This document shows, piece after piece, positions 54,320 through 63,394 of a stretch of 64,000 nucleotides of DNA (within the stretch, counting starts at the first letter, position 1; each line of letters begins with the position of its first letter). The notes beneath the pieces were generated by a model. That model was given only the letters and a program-made list of their open reading frames with translations. It had not been told where the DNA came from and did not search any database. Origin of the DNA: a virus. Where the stretch lies: IMG/VR virus record IMGVR_UViG_3300037851_000950, positions 36,702 through 100,701 of that record; one strand, given 5' to 3'. The translations under genes and the position numbers were made by a program.

Positions 54320-54988
54320 TTACCAGTTAAGTTCTAATTGATGTAAGTTGAGGAATTTCTTCGTTTCCGTGAAGACTCCATCACCCTTCCAGGGGCGACC
54401 TTGATAAGAAGAAGCCGCCGGATGCTCAAAGGCAAATACCTTATGAGGAGGTACTTCTTTGGGCATTGTACGTTGTGCTTTCTGGCCCAGCAAAATAATT
54501 GCCTTGGGATGCACGATGTCGTTGACAAGCGAAGACAGTACGTATTGGGTGAACGACTCCCACAGTTTTGTGTGGGAGTTTGGCATTTGATGGCGTACAG
54601 TCAGAGCTTTGTTTACCAGAAACACGCCTTGGGAAGCCCATTTATCAAGTAATCCAGCGGATACCTGGGGATCATAATCAGGTACTTCGCGGAGATAGAT
54701 CTCTGCGATCTTTCTCCACGACGGGGATGGGAATTTGCCGCATTCGAAAGCGCGGCCTGTTGCCTGCCCTGGAGGACTTCCGTATGGATCTTGACCAAGC
54801 CAGATTACCTTGACTCCGCTCGGCGGAATTTCCCGGAAGATTCTGAAGATGTTCTCTTTTTCCGGATGGATCAAGTAGCCGACTTTTCGTTCTTCCTGAA
54901 GTTGTTTCCGAATGGGTTCAATCAGCTCACCTGCTTTTGGCAGGAACTCTGCCCATTCTTCGCCAATAAGATCTGCGATGTTCTTCAT
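54320..54988 (-). CDS. ung: Uracil-DNA glycosylase (family 1)
   Basis: VIWLGQDPY, ATGRAF, PSW, WASQGVFLVNKALTV, H...W..FT, HPA. Confidence 0.9.
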   Translation of the reverse strand: MKNIADLIGEEWAEFLPKAGELIEPIRKQLQEERKVGYLIHPEKENIFRIFREIPPSGVKVIWLGQDPYGSPPGQATGRAFECGKFPSPSWRKIAEIYLREVPDYDPQVSAGLLDKWASQGVFLVNKALTVRHQMPNSHTKLWESFTQYVLSSLVNDIVHPKAIILLGQKAQRTMPKEVPPHKVFAFEHPAASSYQGRPWKGDGVFTETKKFLNLHQLELNW

Positions 54989-55995
54989 AATCCCACACCA
55001 TTCAGTCCCATAGCATCAATCATCTCAATGGCTTTGAGTACTCGGGCATCACCAATAGTGAGTTCTTCGTATGTCAGTGAACGAAGCTGAACTTCATAAG
55101 GCATTTTAGTCTCACAACCAATGATGACAGGAGACCCCATTGGATGATATCCAAGCCGCGCTTGTACCGCTCGGTTATAAAACGCCATTTGACGATGTAC
55201 CTGCCATTTGAGAAATGTTCCAGGAACTTCAACATCGGCCAGAATTCTTGATTTGGACACAGAGTCTTCGACAAATGCTGACATCGTGTGTCCGAAATAA
55301 ATACTTAAAGGAGTCGAAGTTGTTTTCAAATCATATACTTGGAACAGACCTTTGCTTTTATTTATCACCACCAGATCAATCATTGCTTTGCAAGGAACTC
55401 CCAGCAAGTCAAATTCGACGATTAGTTCGTTAAGAATTTCATAATGATCGCCCTCACACATTGGAGGGTCAACACTTTTGTCAAAATTCCACGGCAACAA
55501 TTTCTCAAGTTTCGGAAGCACGATTTTCAGTGTGTCGTAAGTTGTCTTATCGACCAGCGAGATACCGTCTTTCTTGGCTTTAAATAACTGCAGCATGAAA
55601 ATTCCTGCTGCACTTGTCAGGTTCTTACCTAAAGTAACGTCTTTCCAATCGTTATGATATCCTTGAGCGCGCGCAGTCTTGATCAGCTCTTCTTCCACAA
55701 TGGCGGGTGGCTGTTTGTCGAAGTTTGGCAGATTCTCAACTACAGTCTCTGCAATTGATGTTACTGCTGCGGAAGGGGTTTCGGTTTCCTGGAAGACATT
55801 CAACGTCTTTTTTTCCAAGAGCTTGTGAATATGACTTCCCAAGAGCATTGCTTGAGAATCCTCTTGTTCGGAAGGAAACAATGATAGTTCTTCATACTTA
55901 GCCGGAGATCCGCCGCTCTCAGGCAAAAGCCAGCTCAGTGATGAGTTTGATACTCGGGTACTTTTGTAATAGTCTTCTCTTGTAAGTTTACTCAT
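54985..55995 (-). CDS. PD-(D/E)XK exonuclease (RecE/DUF3799-like), 336 aa
   Basis: VSNSSL, GS.IH..LE, CKAMIDL, YDLKTT, RQMAFY. Confidence 0.8.
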   Translation of the reverse strand: MSKLTREDYYKSTRVSNSSLSWLLPESGGSPAKYEELSLFPSEQEDSQAMLLGSHIHKLLEKKTLNVFQETETPSAAVTSIAETVVENLPNFDKQPPAIVEEELIKTARAQGYHNDWKDVTLGKNLTSAAGIFMLQLFKAKKDGISLVDKTTYDTLKIVLPKLEKLLPWNFDKSVDPPMCEGDHYEILNELIVEFDLLGVPCKAMIDLVVINKSKGLFQVYDLKTTSTPLSIYFGHTMSAFVEDSVSKSRILADVEVPGTFLKWQVHRQMAFYNRAVQARLGYHPMGSPVIIGCETKMPYEVQLRSLTYEELTIGDARVLKAIEMIDAMGLNGVGL

Positions 55996-56860
55996 TGTCT
56001 GGTGTCACTATGACTTTGATGTGTCCTGCAAACATATTTTCTTTAAAGAACTGCGAGTACCTGGTATAAATTGTATTGGGTACGAATACAGTTTTGAAGT
56101 TGTTCAAAGCATGAAGCATTACCTCGCGGACACACTTCTTGGCAGCACCGAACAAAATCTTTTTCTTTCCTGTGAACATTACAGCTTGTCCGGTCAGCCC
56201 ATTAAAATCAACTGTACCTGCTTCTCCTTCGTTGGACTCTCTTATGTTGAGAGGCATTGGATCAACTTTTCTCGGATGTTTAGGCAGATCAGACTTCTCA
56301 AGAATGAACGTCATCGAGGGCTTCTCGTATTCGGTAATTGGAAAAAAGTTTGTTTGCCCAGCCTGGCGAATATACAAGACATTGTCGTCAGGAATAATTC
56401 CCAGGTCAGTAAGCGAATCCAAAAAACACTTGTGATAGATCCACAGGTTATCAAGATCCCAATCAGCATAACCGTACTGAGATCTTAATTCCATGGACAC
56501 ACTTAATGGAAAATAATCGTCTGAAAGCTGTATTCGTTGTTCAATTAGGTGACGTTTGAAGTCGTTTTTCAACGCCTCTACGATTTTCATTCGCTTTCGT
56601 TCGTGCATGCGAGCATAGATTTCATTACCGGCAATCGCCTGGTAAGAGGGAGTACCTACGCTGTTGGGATTGGCCACTACAAATACCTTTTCCCGGCTAT
56701 CGTAGAGGTAAATCTCTCCTTTGGGGTTCTTTCTCCAGACATATCGCTTATCCTTCTCATACTTCTCAGGGAGCTTATCCTTGAGTGTAAAATACTGGGG
56801 TCGACGAGAGTCAGAAAATTTGACCTTCCTCAAGTAATTGAGGATTGTGACTTTAATCAT
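55988..56860 (-). CDS. RusA-like Holliday junction resolvase with N- and C-terminal extensions, 290 aa
   Basis: DLDNL..YHKCFLDSL...GIIPDDN is the RusA catalytic signature. Confidence 0.75.
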   Translation of the reverse strand: MIKVTILNYLRKVKFSDSRRPQYFTLKDKLPEKYEKDKRYVWRKNPKGEIYLYDSREKVFVVANPNSVGTPSYQAIAGNEIYARMHERKRMKIVEALKNDFKRHLIEQRIQLSDDYFPLSVSMELRSQYGYADWDLDNLWIYHKCFLDSLTDLGIIPDDNVLYIRQAGQTNFFPITEYEKPSMTFILEKSDLPKHPRKVDPMPLNIRESNEGEAGTVDFNGLTGQAVMFTGKKKILFGAAKKCVREVMLHALNNFKTVFVPNTIYTRYSQFFKENMFAGHIKVIVTPDNE

Positions 56861-56870
56861 CGTGTTTTGG

Positions 56871-57833
56871 TTATTCGTAAATGCTCTTGAGAAACGATTT
56901 GGCTAATGCTGAAGCTGAAGCAAGATCTTTCTTGCACAGATCCGCAAAATCCTTTGTCGTTCCGATTGGCATAAGCAGAGGAGTTACTCCGCGCTTTCGC
57001 AGGTTAAGAAGAGCGATCTTACCTACTTTGTCTCTGTCATACAGTGCGTACACTTTTGTGAAGCTCTCTCGAAGAGCTTCCAGCACACTGTCACTTACGA
57101 CAGATGTCTCAGCCATGGGGGCAATTGCCGGTATGCCGAACATTCTCAGACACACTACATCTTTGAGGGCCTTGGTGATAACAACCACATCGCCTTTCTC
57201 CGGTAACTGGCCCCATCCCTGAAGGATGTCCGGGTTGTTGTGAAGAAAGCGCCGTTCACGACGCATTGGGAAATAGATTTTGTAATCAAATCCCCCGAAT
57301 CGGTAGGCAAATACGACTTCAGTCTTTGCTGTGAAATCGCGGTTGTAATAGATGGCTCCGTTGAGCCATACTCGTTTGACAGGCGTAATGTTGAACTTCT
57401 TCAGAAGTTCAATGTCAACACCATAGTTTTCCCACCAAGAGAGATGCTGCTCATCCCATTCCAGGGGCTCAATACGGATCTCGCAAACTGTGCGTGGTCC
57501 AATGATTACTGGAGTAGGTATGGGAGCCCGGGTTCCCCCCTTTAAGATGCTGAATGTCTTGGCTATGTCTGTGAGTGCGGTCGGATAATTGCATCCTTTG
57601 ATCTTCATTACCAGATCAATGCAATCCCCGTGGAAGTGGCCGGCAAAATCATGAAGTACGAGACGTCCGCTCCGACTACGATAGAACCGGCACGTTGGGT
57701 GCCGGTCCTGTCGTAGCGGTGAACGGAACATTCCTTCCACGACCCGTACTCCGTATTTCTCGAAGATCTCCTCCTGGCTCACACGATTCATGAGAAAATC
57801 TCGGGTAATTTCCGGGGGGAAGTGAATGACCAT
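56871..57833 (-). CDS. DNA primase (TOPRIM, crAss-type)
   Basis: SPLRQDRHPTC...LHDF, ITKALKDV, YDRD..G, KDFAD. Confidence 0.85.
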   Translation of the reverse strand: MVIHFPPEITRDFLMNRVSQEEIFEKYGVRVVEGMFRSPLRQDRHPTCRFYRSRSGRLVLHDFAGHFHGDCIDLVMKIKGCNYPTALTDIAKTFSILKGGTRAPIPTPVIIGPRTVCEIRIEPLEWDEQHLSWWENYGVDIELLKKFNITPVKRVWLNGAIYYNRDFTAKTEVVFAYRFGGFDYKIYFPMRRERRFLHNNPDILQGWGQLPEKGDVVVITKALKDVVCLRMFGIPAIAPMAETSVVSDSVLEALRESFTKVYALYDRDKVGKIALLNLRKRGVTPLLMPIGTTKDFADLCKKDLASASALAKSFLKSIYE

Positions 57834-57835
57834 GA

Positions 57836-58393
57836 TTAGAATGGTTCTTCGTCAACCTTGGGTGCCGCACCAGGTTCTGCCAGAACACTCTCGCCGGCTG
57901 CCGGAGCTGCTCCTTCCGGTTTGGCAGATGCGGCTTGCGCAAATGCTTTCTCCGCAAGAGCATTCAGCTCTTCTTCCTTGTGGTTGAATACCAACTCGGC
58001 GATTTCGGCTGGATCTTTGCAGAAACCTCCGAAAGACAAATCGGCATAAGCCTTCCCGTTTGTGCTGTCAATGCGACCAGTGATCTTCATCGCAAGCTCC
58101 TTGTTTTTGAGAAGCGCGGTCAGCTTCTCTTCAGTAACGTCATCCCCATCAAGGACAACACCGCTTGCGACTTTCACCAGAGATACTACCCGCGGCAGAG
58201 CTTTGTCGCTCAGGTAGAACCGATGGTTAAACTCGTCTTCTTTCCGGGAGAAAGTCACACCCATAAAATAGGTGCCTTTGTTCTCAGACTGCCCAAATTT
58301 TACGTCTGTGATTTTGAACACTCCGATAGTGCCGGGACGGGTCATCACCCTGTCCTTTGCTTCTCCCACACCTTTAAAACTGATTCCAGCCAT
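57836..58393 (-). CDS. Single-stranded DNA-binding protein (putative), 185 aa
   Basis: OB-like beta core, flexible A/P-rich linker, acidic-aromatic C-terminus VDEEPF; lies between the AAA ATPase and primase genes. Confidence 0.7.
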   Translation of the reverse strand: MAGISFKGVGEAKDRVMTRPGTIGVFKITDVKFGQSENKGTYFMGVTFSRKEDEFNHRFYLSDKALPRVVSLVKVASGVVLDGDDVTEEKLTALLKNKELAMKITGRIDSTNGKAYADLSFGGFCKDPAEIAELVFNHKEEELNALAEKAFAQAASAKPEGAAPAAGESVLAEPGAAPKVDEEPF

Positions 58394-58409
58394 TTGCTAA
58401 AAATTTAGA

Positions 58410-59120
58410 CTACACTTCGACTTCGAATTTCTTGAGTTTCCGGAGTACGAGTTCGATGTCGTTAGGCTCGTAAAGCTCCAGTGCTGTTTCTACGGCGTCT
58501 CCTTTGAAATATGCAGGCGACTTAGCTGGATCTTCACCCTCGCTTTGTGTCCTGAATAAAAAATCAAATCCACCTTCTTTCTTTTTTTTCTTTTCACCAA
58601 CCAGCACAGTAGTGAAATAAGAAGCCGGTACAAGATCAGTGATCATTCGACCGTGCGATTTCATGTCATACACGACATCGCCGTTTTCGTTGACTTTCCT
58701 TTCAATGTGACCGTAGACGAGAATGTCTTTGCTACTACTCGTGATGAACTGGATTACCTCGTAGAAGTTTTTGCCGATTTTCTGGTAGGATTTGTAATCC
58801 TTCCCGATGGCGTTGTTCATGTAATCCTGGGTGATCATGTGAGTGATTGTATCAATGACAATCGTCTTAATCTCGGGCCTTACGGCCCAAGCTTGGAGTG
58901 TCGCCAGAACGTTTGCTGGCGAGTTCGTCTCGACATAATTACTCTTCGTCAAGTCAACTCTCCCGTCAGTGCCACGAACAGTAAGATAGTTCGTGCGCCA
59001 TCCGCCGAGAGGGGGCTCTTTCTTGTCACAGTTGATGAGCCCTGTTTCCTTGGGGTTGAGATTTCTGAGAGACGATGTTTTCCCTGACCCGCTGGGAGCC
59101 AGAATGAGAATTTTACTCAT
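58410..59120 (-). CDS. AAA_24/Sak4-like ATPase, 236 aa
   Basis: ILAPSGSGKTSSLRNL, IVIDT, GH, KSP...EPND. Confidence 0.8.
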   Translation of the reverse strand: MSKILILAPSGSGKTSSLRNLNPKETGLINCDKKEPPLGGWRTNYLTVRGTDGRVDLTKSNYVETNSPANVLATLQAWAVRPEIKTIVIDTITHMITQDYMNNAIGKDYKSYQKIGKNFYEVIQFITSSSKDILVYGHIERKVNENGDVVYDMKSHGRMITDLVPASYFTTVLVGEKKKKKEGGFDFLFRTQSEGEDPAKSPAYFKGDAVETALELYEPNDIELVLRKLKKFEVEV

Positions 59121-59130
59121 CGTTTTTTAG

Positions 59131-60273
59131 TTAAGTCCTACCGGCGAGTTTAAGCACTTTGTCGTATTGTGCTTTGTTCATCTCTTTGTAGGGCGGAAGT
59201 TCTGCAAGATAATTAACAGCTCCATCAAAATAAAGTCCTAAGCGCAGATTTGCCTCTCCGTCTCGAGATTTTAAGAAGCTGAAACTCCGATAGTTATCTC
59301 TGAGAAGAGAGATGTCGTATCCCCGGTGTTCGGAGATCTCATACCTGTCGGGTGCGAACAGTCCAAACACTTCATCAGCGTCACGATGAGTCACCTTGCA
59401 GTCACCTAATCCGTCAAGACTGGGCTCAAGTTTGCTTTCAATAGAAATGCCTTTGTATGTGTATTGTTGCTTCTCTTTCTCACCGGACTGCTGCTGCAGT
59501 ACCAGTATTGAAGCTCCATAAATGTTACGCAAGTTGACCAGGTAACGCGATGACAAAATATGAATCGCATCCCACAAAGTCTGTCCCTTTTCAGGGTGAA
59601 CCAATCCTATGTGATCTATCACAATAAGGACATAGTGGTTTGGATGTATAAGTTGAAATCGTTCCTTGCCAATCTTGGTAATCATTTTCTTTTCAGCAGG
59701 TACCCAGACTTTTTGAGGACCCATTTGCCAGTCTCCGATGTCGTTATCCTCCATGAAATCCGTACAGTACTTGTAGATCGAATAAGGTTTGTCAACTCCT
59801 CTGATTAGATGTACTGTTTTTTCGAATTGCTTGAGATTCGGAAGCATCTTTTGCAATCGTTCGACAATATCGCTGTCAATTACTGCAGTAGGATCGTCCG
59901 GGTTGAGTTGTGATCGGAGTTCTTTAATGGATATGCGTCGACCAGTTTCCTTGTAAAGTCGATAGCACATGTAAGATTGAGCCCAGGACTCGTCAGGTTC
60001 CTCAAGAAGAAAGTACAATACAGAGAGCTTGATCTCTGAATTGGGTGTCTTCGTAAGAAAATCGTACGGCCGGAACACAAACATGTTCTTGGCAGCTTTG
60101 GTCTTTCCTATACCGCTGTTGGCAGTAAGAATTGCATAATTGGGTTTCTGGACACCTGGCACATACTGTTGCAGACGCTTCATTCCGAACGGAATGGAGT
60201 TATATCCGCCGGCCAGTTTTCTCTGGCGGTTCTCGATTACCTTTTCAAGGCCCCGTTCGAAAGCGCTGCTCAT
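59131..60273 (-). CDS. DnaB-like (SF4) replicative helicase, 380 aa
   Basis: TANSGIGKT, LYFLLEE, IVIDHIGL, LQQQ, LGDCKVTHRDAD, FLKSRDG. Confidence 0.85.
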   Translation of the reverse strand: MSSAFERGLEKVIENRQRKLAGGYNSIPFGMKRLQQYVPGVQKPNYAILTANSGIGKTKAAKNMFVFRPYDFLTKTPNSEIKLSVLYFLLEEPDESWAQSYMCYRLYKETGRRISIKELRSQLNPDDPTAVIDSDIVERLQKMLPNLKQFEKTVHLIRGVDKPYSIYKYCTDFMEDNDIGDWQMGPQKVWVPAEKKMITKIGKERFQLIHPNHYVLIVIDHIGLVHPEKGQTLWDAIHILSSRYLVNLRNIYGASILVLQQQSGEKEKQQYTYKGISIESKLEPSLDGLGDCKVTHRDADEVFGLFAPDRYEISEHRGYDISLLRDNYRSFSFLKSRDGEANLRLGLYFDGAVNYLAELPPYKEMNKAQYDKVLKLAGRT

Positions 60274-60274
60274 C

Positions 60275-60433
60275 TCAGACTCCTACGGTAGGTTCTTTCT
60301 TTGTACGGCGGCCGCGGGGCTTCACAATCGGCTTGATCAGGTCTTTCAGAGCGATGGCGGTTTTCATTTCCTCATCGTTCTGGAAGTCTTCGAGGGTCAT
60401 TTTGCAGAGCACCTCATAGAGTTTGCGTCTCAT
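60275..60433 (-). CDS. Small basic protein, 52 aa (not in the ORF track)
   Basis: MRRKLYEVLCKMTLEDFQNDEEMKTAIALKDLIKPIVKPRGRRTKKEPTVGV* fills the gap and ends 1 nt before the helicase ATG. Confidence 0.5.
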   Translation of the reverse strand: MRRKLYEVLCKMTLEDFQNDEEMKTAIALKDLIKPIVKPRGRRTKKEPTVGV

Positions 60434-60444
60434 ATTACATTGGT

Positions 60445-61002
60445 TTAAATGTCCGTTTTGAAATTGTCAACTGATTCGGGTTTTGCGATGGAATCCCAGA
60501 GTTCATTAGTTACCCACTCCTGAATTCTGACTCCATTTACTTTACCAGCATACACCATTTTCGAGAAGACGATCAGTTGTTGAAGAACAAACTGATGTTT
60601 TTCCTTCGAGTTCTCAATACGCTCAAGATACATTTTGAGAATCTCGATCTTATCTCCTCCCTTCCTGGCGATGAATGAACCTCCTCCCGACAGAGGAAAC
60701 ATTACTGGATAAGCGTCCCAAAGCTCCTCGGCCATTTCCATCAGTTCGTCTTTACTTTTGATGGTAAACTGACTTCGGAATTCGCATTCGAGAAGCGGTT
60801 TTTCTCCTTTAGAGATGAACTGCTCCTTCCATAACTCCTTGCGAACTTTTGGTTCATCAATAATGTGCTCCCATTCTTCCAGGTATCCTTGAGCAAGTTG
60901 ACGTTGCTCCAGGGAACCTTTACTCATTGCCAGAACTATTCCGGCAGCAAGGGCTTTTGGACTAATCCTTCGGTCAATAAGCTCTTTGATGATCTTGTTC
61001 AT
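60445..61002 (-). CDS. Putative replication initiator/helicase-loader-like protein, ~185 aa
   Basis: Likely start ATG 61002 (ATGA overlap). EELWDAYP motif and position upstream of the DnaB-like gene. Confidence 0.45.
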   Translation of the reverse strand: MNKIIKELIDRRISPKALAAGIVLAMSKGSLEQRQLAQGYLEEWEHIIDEPKVRKELWKEQFISKGEKPLLECEFRSQFTIKSKDELMEMAEELWDAYPVMFPLSGGGSFIARKGGDKIEILKMYLERIENSKEKHQFVLQQLIVFSKMVYAGKVNGVRIQEWVTNELWDSIAKPESVDNFKTDI

Positions 61003-62342
61003 ACTTTTACGGATTCGATGATTTCCTCGATACTGTCTACCCAAATAATGTCTTCAGAGTACCCTTGGCTCTTGGAGAGCCATTGAACCTCTTTGGTATT
61101 TTTCAGATAGAGATTGATCATCACTGCTTCTTTCCCTTCCTGTTTTCTGATAATTCTTCCGCGCCGCTGAATTTGCTGCGTTGGGGAAGAAGATCCGCTG
61201 ATTCTGATTCCCAGAGAGATTTCAGGAAAGTCAGCACCCTCATCAAGAGCTTTGGCTGTATGAATGCACCGTATTTCGCCTTTGTTAATGCGATCTACGA
61301 TGTAGGCTCTGCCTTGTTTCTTACTGAGCTTGTCTCCGGTAGGAGTGGTCACTGTCATTGACGAGTGGTAGACGACGGATTCAGGAATCCGTTTGGTCAT
61401 TTCGTCGGCTGTCTCGGTGAGTTCTGCAAAGGTAATGCTCTTCATTTTGGGAAGCAATAACAAAATCGCCGCGGCCGCGTCCATTTTGACAGAAGCCTTG
61501 TAGATGATGTCTTTCATCTTCTTCATGGCTTTCATGCCGTTCAGGGCAGCTATGTAGATCTTGTTGGGGTGATAGGGATGTGTAACATTGCCCCCCCAGA
61601 AGTCCTTTTCCTTCGCTACGAGCTTATGGAAGGCCTCCTGGGGGGAATTGCCCTTCCACCCGTATTTGTGGGCCAGACGCTCACAGGCGCTTCCCATGAA
61701 GCCAGAGGCGGTCTTAAATGGCTTGAAGGATACCACACACTGACGCATCATGCCGAAATCCCACTGAAATATGCCCATAGCCCATTCGTAGAGCTCTTGG
61801 GCCTTCAGATACCGGGTTGAGGTCTCCTCGTCCATTTCCAGACCCAAATTGAACTCCTGGTAGGGTGCTACGTAGCCTCCCAGACGGGCCTCCTCCAGCG
61901 TTACTCGGTCGATTACCGGACAGTGCATGATTATGAGCCCATGACGCTTGTCAAGGCGTTTGAGCATAGCCGTAAGCCCCAGAACGAACTTGTAGGTAGT
62001 TACATCAAATACCTTGGAAAAGGTCTCGGCGGCATACCGATGAATCTCGTCCAGAATCAACAGCGAACACTCATGATGCCCCTTAATGAAGCTATTCACA
62101 ATGAACACTTTTGAGTTCTCTTCTATCTTCCACTCCTTGAGCAGAGCTTCCCACTGTACCTTCAGGAATTCGTGCGGGACAACGATGATGACCTTTCGAT
62201 CAGTTACCGTGCGCCGCAGGTGCTGGATAATCTTAAGAGCAACGCGAGTCTTTCCAAAGGCCGTAGCTGCTTCAAGAGTACCTCTTCCCTTTGCTTCGAT
62301 GAACTTTTCTACGAAGAGGTCTTGTCTTTCGTCTCTTGTCAT
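60999..62342 (-). CDS. Superfamily 2 (DExH) DNA helicase
   Basis: ATAFGKT, ILDEIH, GLTA, LDEGAD.P, QRRGRIIR. ATG at 62342; the track uses TTG 62348. Confidence 0.88.
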   Translation of the reverse strand: MTRDERQDLFVEKFIEAKGRGTLEAATAFGKTRVALKIIQHLRRTVTDRKVIIVVPHEFLKVQWEALLKEWKIEENSKVFIVNSFIKGHHECSLLILDEIHRYAAETFSKVFDVTTYKFVLGLTAMLKRLDKRHGLIIMHCPVIDRVTLEEARLGGYVAPYQEFNLGLEMDEETSTRYLKAQELYEWAMGIFQWDFGMMRQCVVSFKPFKTASGFMGSACERLAHKYGWKGNSPQEAFHKLVAKEKDFWGGNVTHPYHPNKIYIAALNGMKAMKKMKDIIYKASVKMDAAAAILLLLPKMKSITFAELTETADEMTKRIPESVVYHSSMTVTTPTGDKLSKKQGRAYIVDRINKGEIRCIHTAKALDEGADFPEISLGIRISGSSSPTQQIQRRGRIIRKQEGKEAVMINLYLKNTKEVQWLSKSQGYSEDIIWVDSIEEIIESVKV

Positions 62343-62398
62343 TTTCAATTTGTTTACGAATTCTAAGCCATATCTGAGCTAAAAGACTTTCTTTCCTT

Positions 62399-62584
62399 TT
62401 ATTGCTGATGATTATGTTGTTGTTCGGCTAATCCATCTTCATCGATTTGGAAAGAACCAGAAAGATACTCTCCTTCGGTAAGCTCATGTTCGTAAGCAAG
62501 CTCCTTAGCTTCCTCAAGACTGTTGGCCTCGATTTCGAGAACATCAGTCATTTGCCAGATAACAGGAATTTTGAATTTTTTCAT
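62399..62584 (-). CDS. Small DpnD/PcfM-like protein, 61 aa
   Basis: MKKFKI.V......LEIEA.S.EEA...A pattern. Confidence 0.45.
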   Translation of the reverse strand: MKKFKIPVIWQMTDVLEIEANSLEEAKELAYEHELTEGEYLSGSFQIDEDGLAEQQHNHQQ

Positions 62585-62895
62585 GAGTTCCTCCCTTCTG
62601 CTTTGGCAATGGCCTGAGTAACTGCCTTTAATGCGGCATAATCCTCATCATCCAATGCGTTCGATTCATGGAGCGAATACATGGATGCCTCTGCTTTTCT
62701 CAACGCCTCCAGCAATTCCGGTGCTCTTGCTATAAGTCGAGCGTTTGCTTCAACCTCTGTCTTACCGTTCATGGAATTGTGAACTCTATCACATTTAAGG
62801 TTGGCCACAATGTCTCCATCGTTTGACCTTACAACAATTTCGTTGTTGTTAACGTGGTCAGATACATTCCAAGGTCCGGGGGTATGTTTGTTCAT
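62581..62895 (-). CDS. Conserved phage hypothetical protein (HTPGPW...ANARLIA.APELLEAL family), 104 aa
   Basis: Both signature motifs present. Confidence 0.7.
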   Translation of the reverse strand: MNKHTPGPWNVSDHVNNNEIVVRSNDGDIVANLKCDRVHNSMNGKTEVEANARLIARAPELLEALRKAEASMYSLHESNALDDEDYAALKAVTQAIAKAEGRNS

Positions 62896-63074
62896 AACTT
62901 CAGAGTTTTGACAGTCACAATGGTTTTGTCCAGAGTGTTATTGATCATATCCAGAGGCAAGGTTTCCAGGTCTTCTTCGAGTTTGGTTTTGGCTGCAATC
63001 ATGCTGGTTCCTTCAACCTCGAATACTTTTTTGTAGGTATCCGTTTGGGTTACCAGAAATTTGTACTTTTTCAT
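62892..63074 (-). CDS. Small DpnD/PcfM-like protein, 60 aa
   Basis: MKKYKF.V......FEVEG.S...A pattern; resembles 62399..62584; ATGA-coupled. Confidence 0.45.
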   Translation of the reverse strand: MKKYKFLVTQTDTYKKVFEVEGTSMIAAKTKLEEDLETLPLDMINNTLDKTIVTVKTLKL

Positions 63075-63394
63075 AGCTTTTTTAGTGAGTCTCTGTCAAT
63101 GAAATACTGAGCGTCTTGCTTTTCTTCCTGATAGTACCTGCCATTGGCTTTCAACTCCTGTTTGGAGATCATGAGTGCTTTCTCACCTTCCTCGATTACG
63201 ATAAACTCAATTGAGAGCTCATCGATAACCTGGGCATTGATTCCATAGGCATTCCACTTACGCATGAGATGTTTGTCAGGATTTCTTTTTACTACCAGGG
63301 TGTTCTCGTGAAGTTCTCCGACATAGTAAGTGTCTTCAGCCGTTTGAACAAAGACCTTGTCTTTATCCACACGGACTTCGTTTAATTTAAGCAT
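63071..63394 (-). CDS. Hypothetical protein, 107 aa
   Basis: Coupled ORF directly after PolB; KHLMRKWNAYGIN motif. Confidence 0.55.
   Translation of the reverse strand: MLKLNEVRVDKDKVFVQTAEDTYYVGELHENTLVVKRNPDKHLMRKWNAYGINAQVIDELSIEFIVIEEGEKALMISKQELKANGRYYQEEKQDAQYFIDRDSLKKL

Noticed and set aside
54320-54988. UDG as evidence of a modified-base or uracil genome
   Set aside because: A family-1 UDG argues against uracil-DNA and is common in crAss-like replication modules; no base-modification genes were seen in the window.
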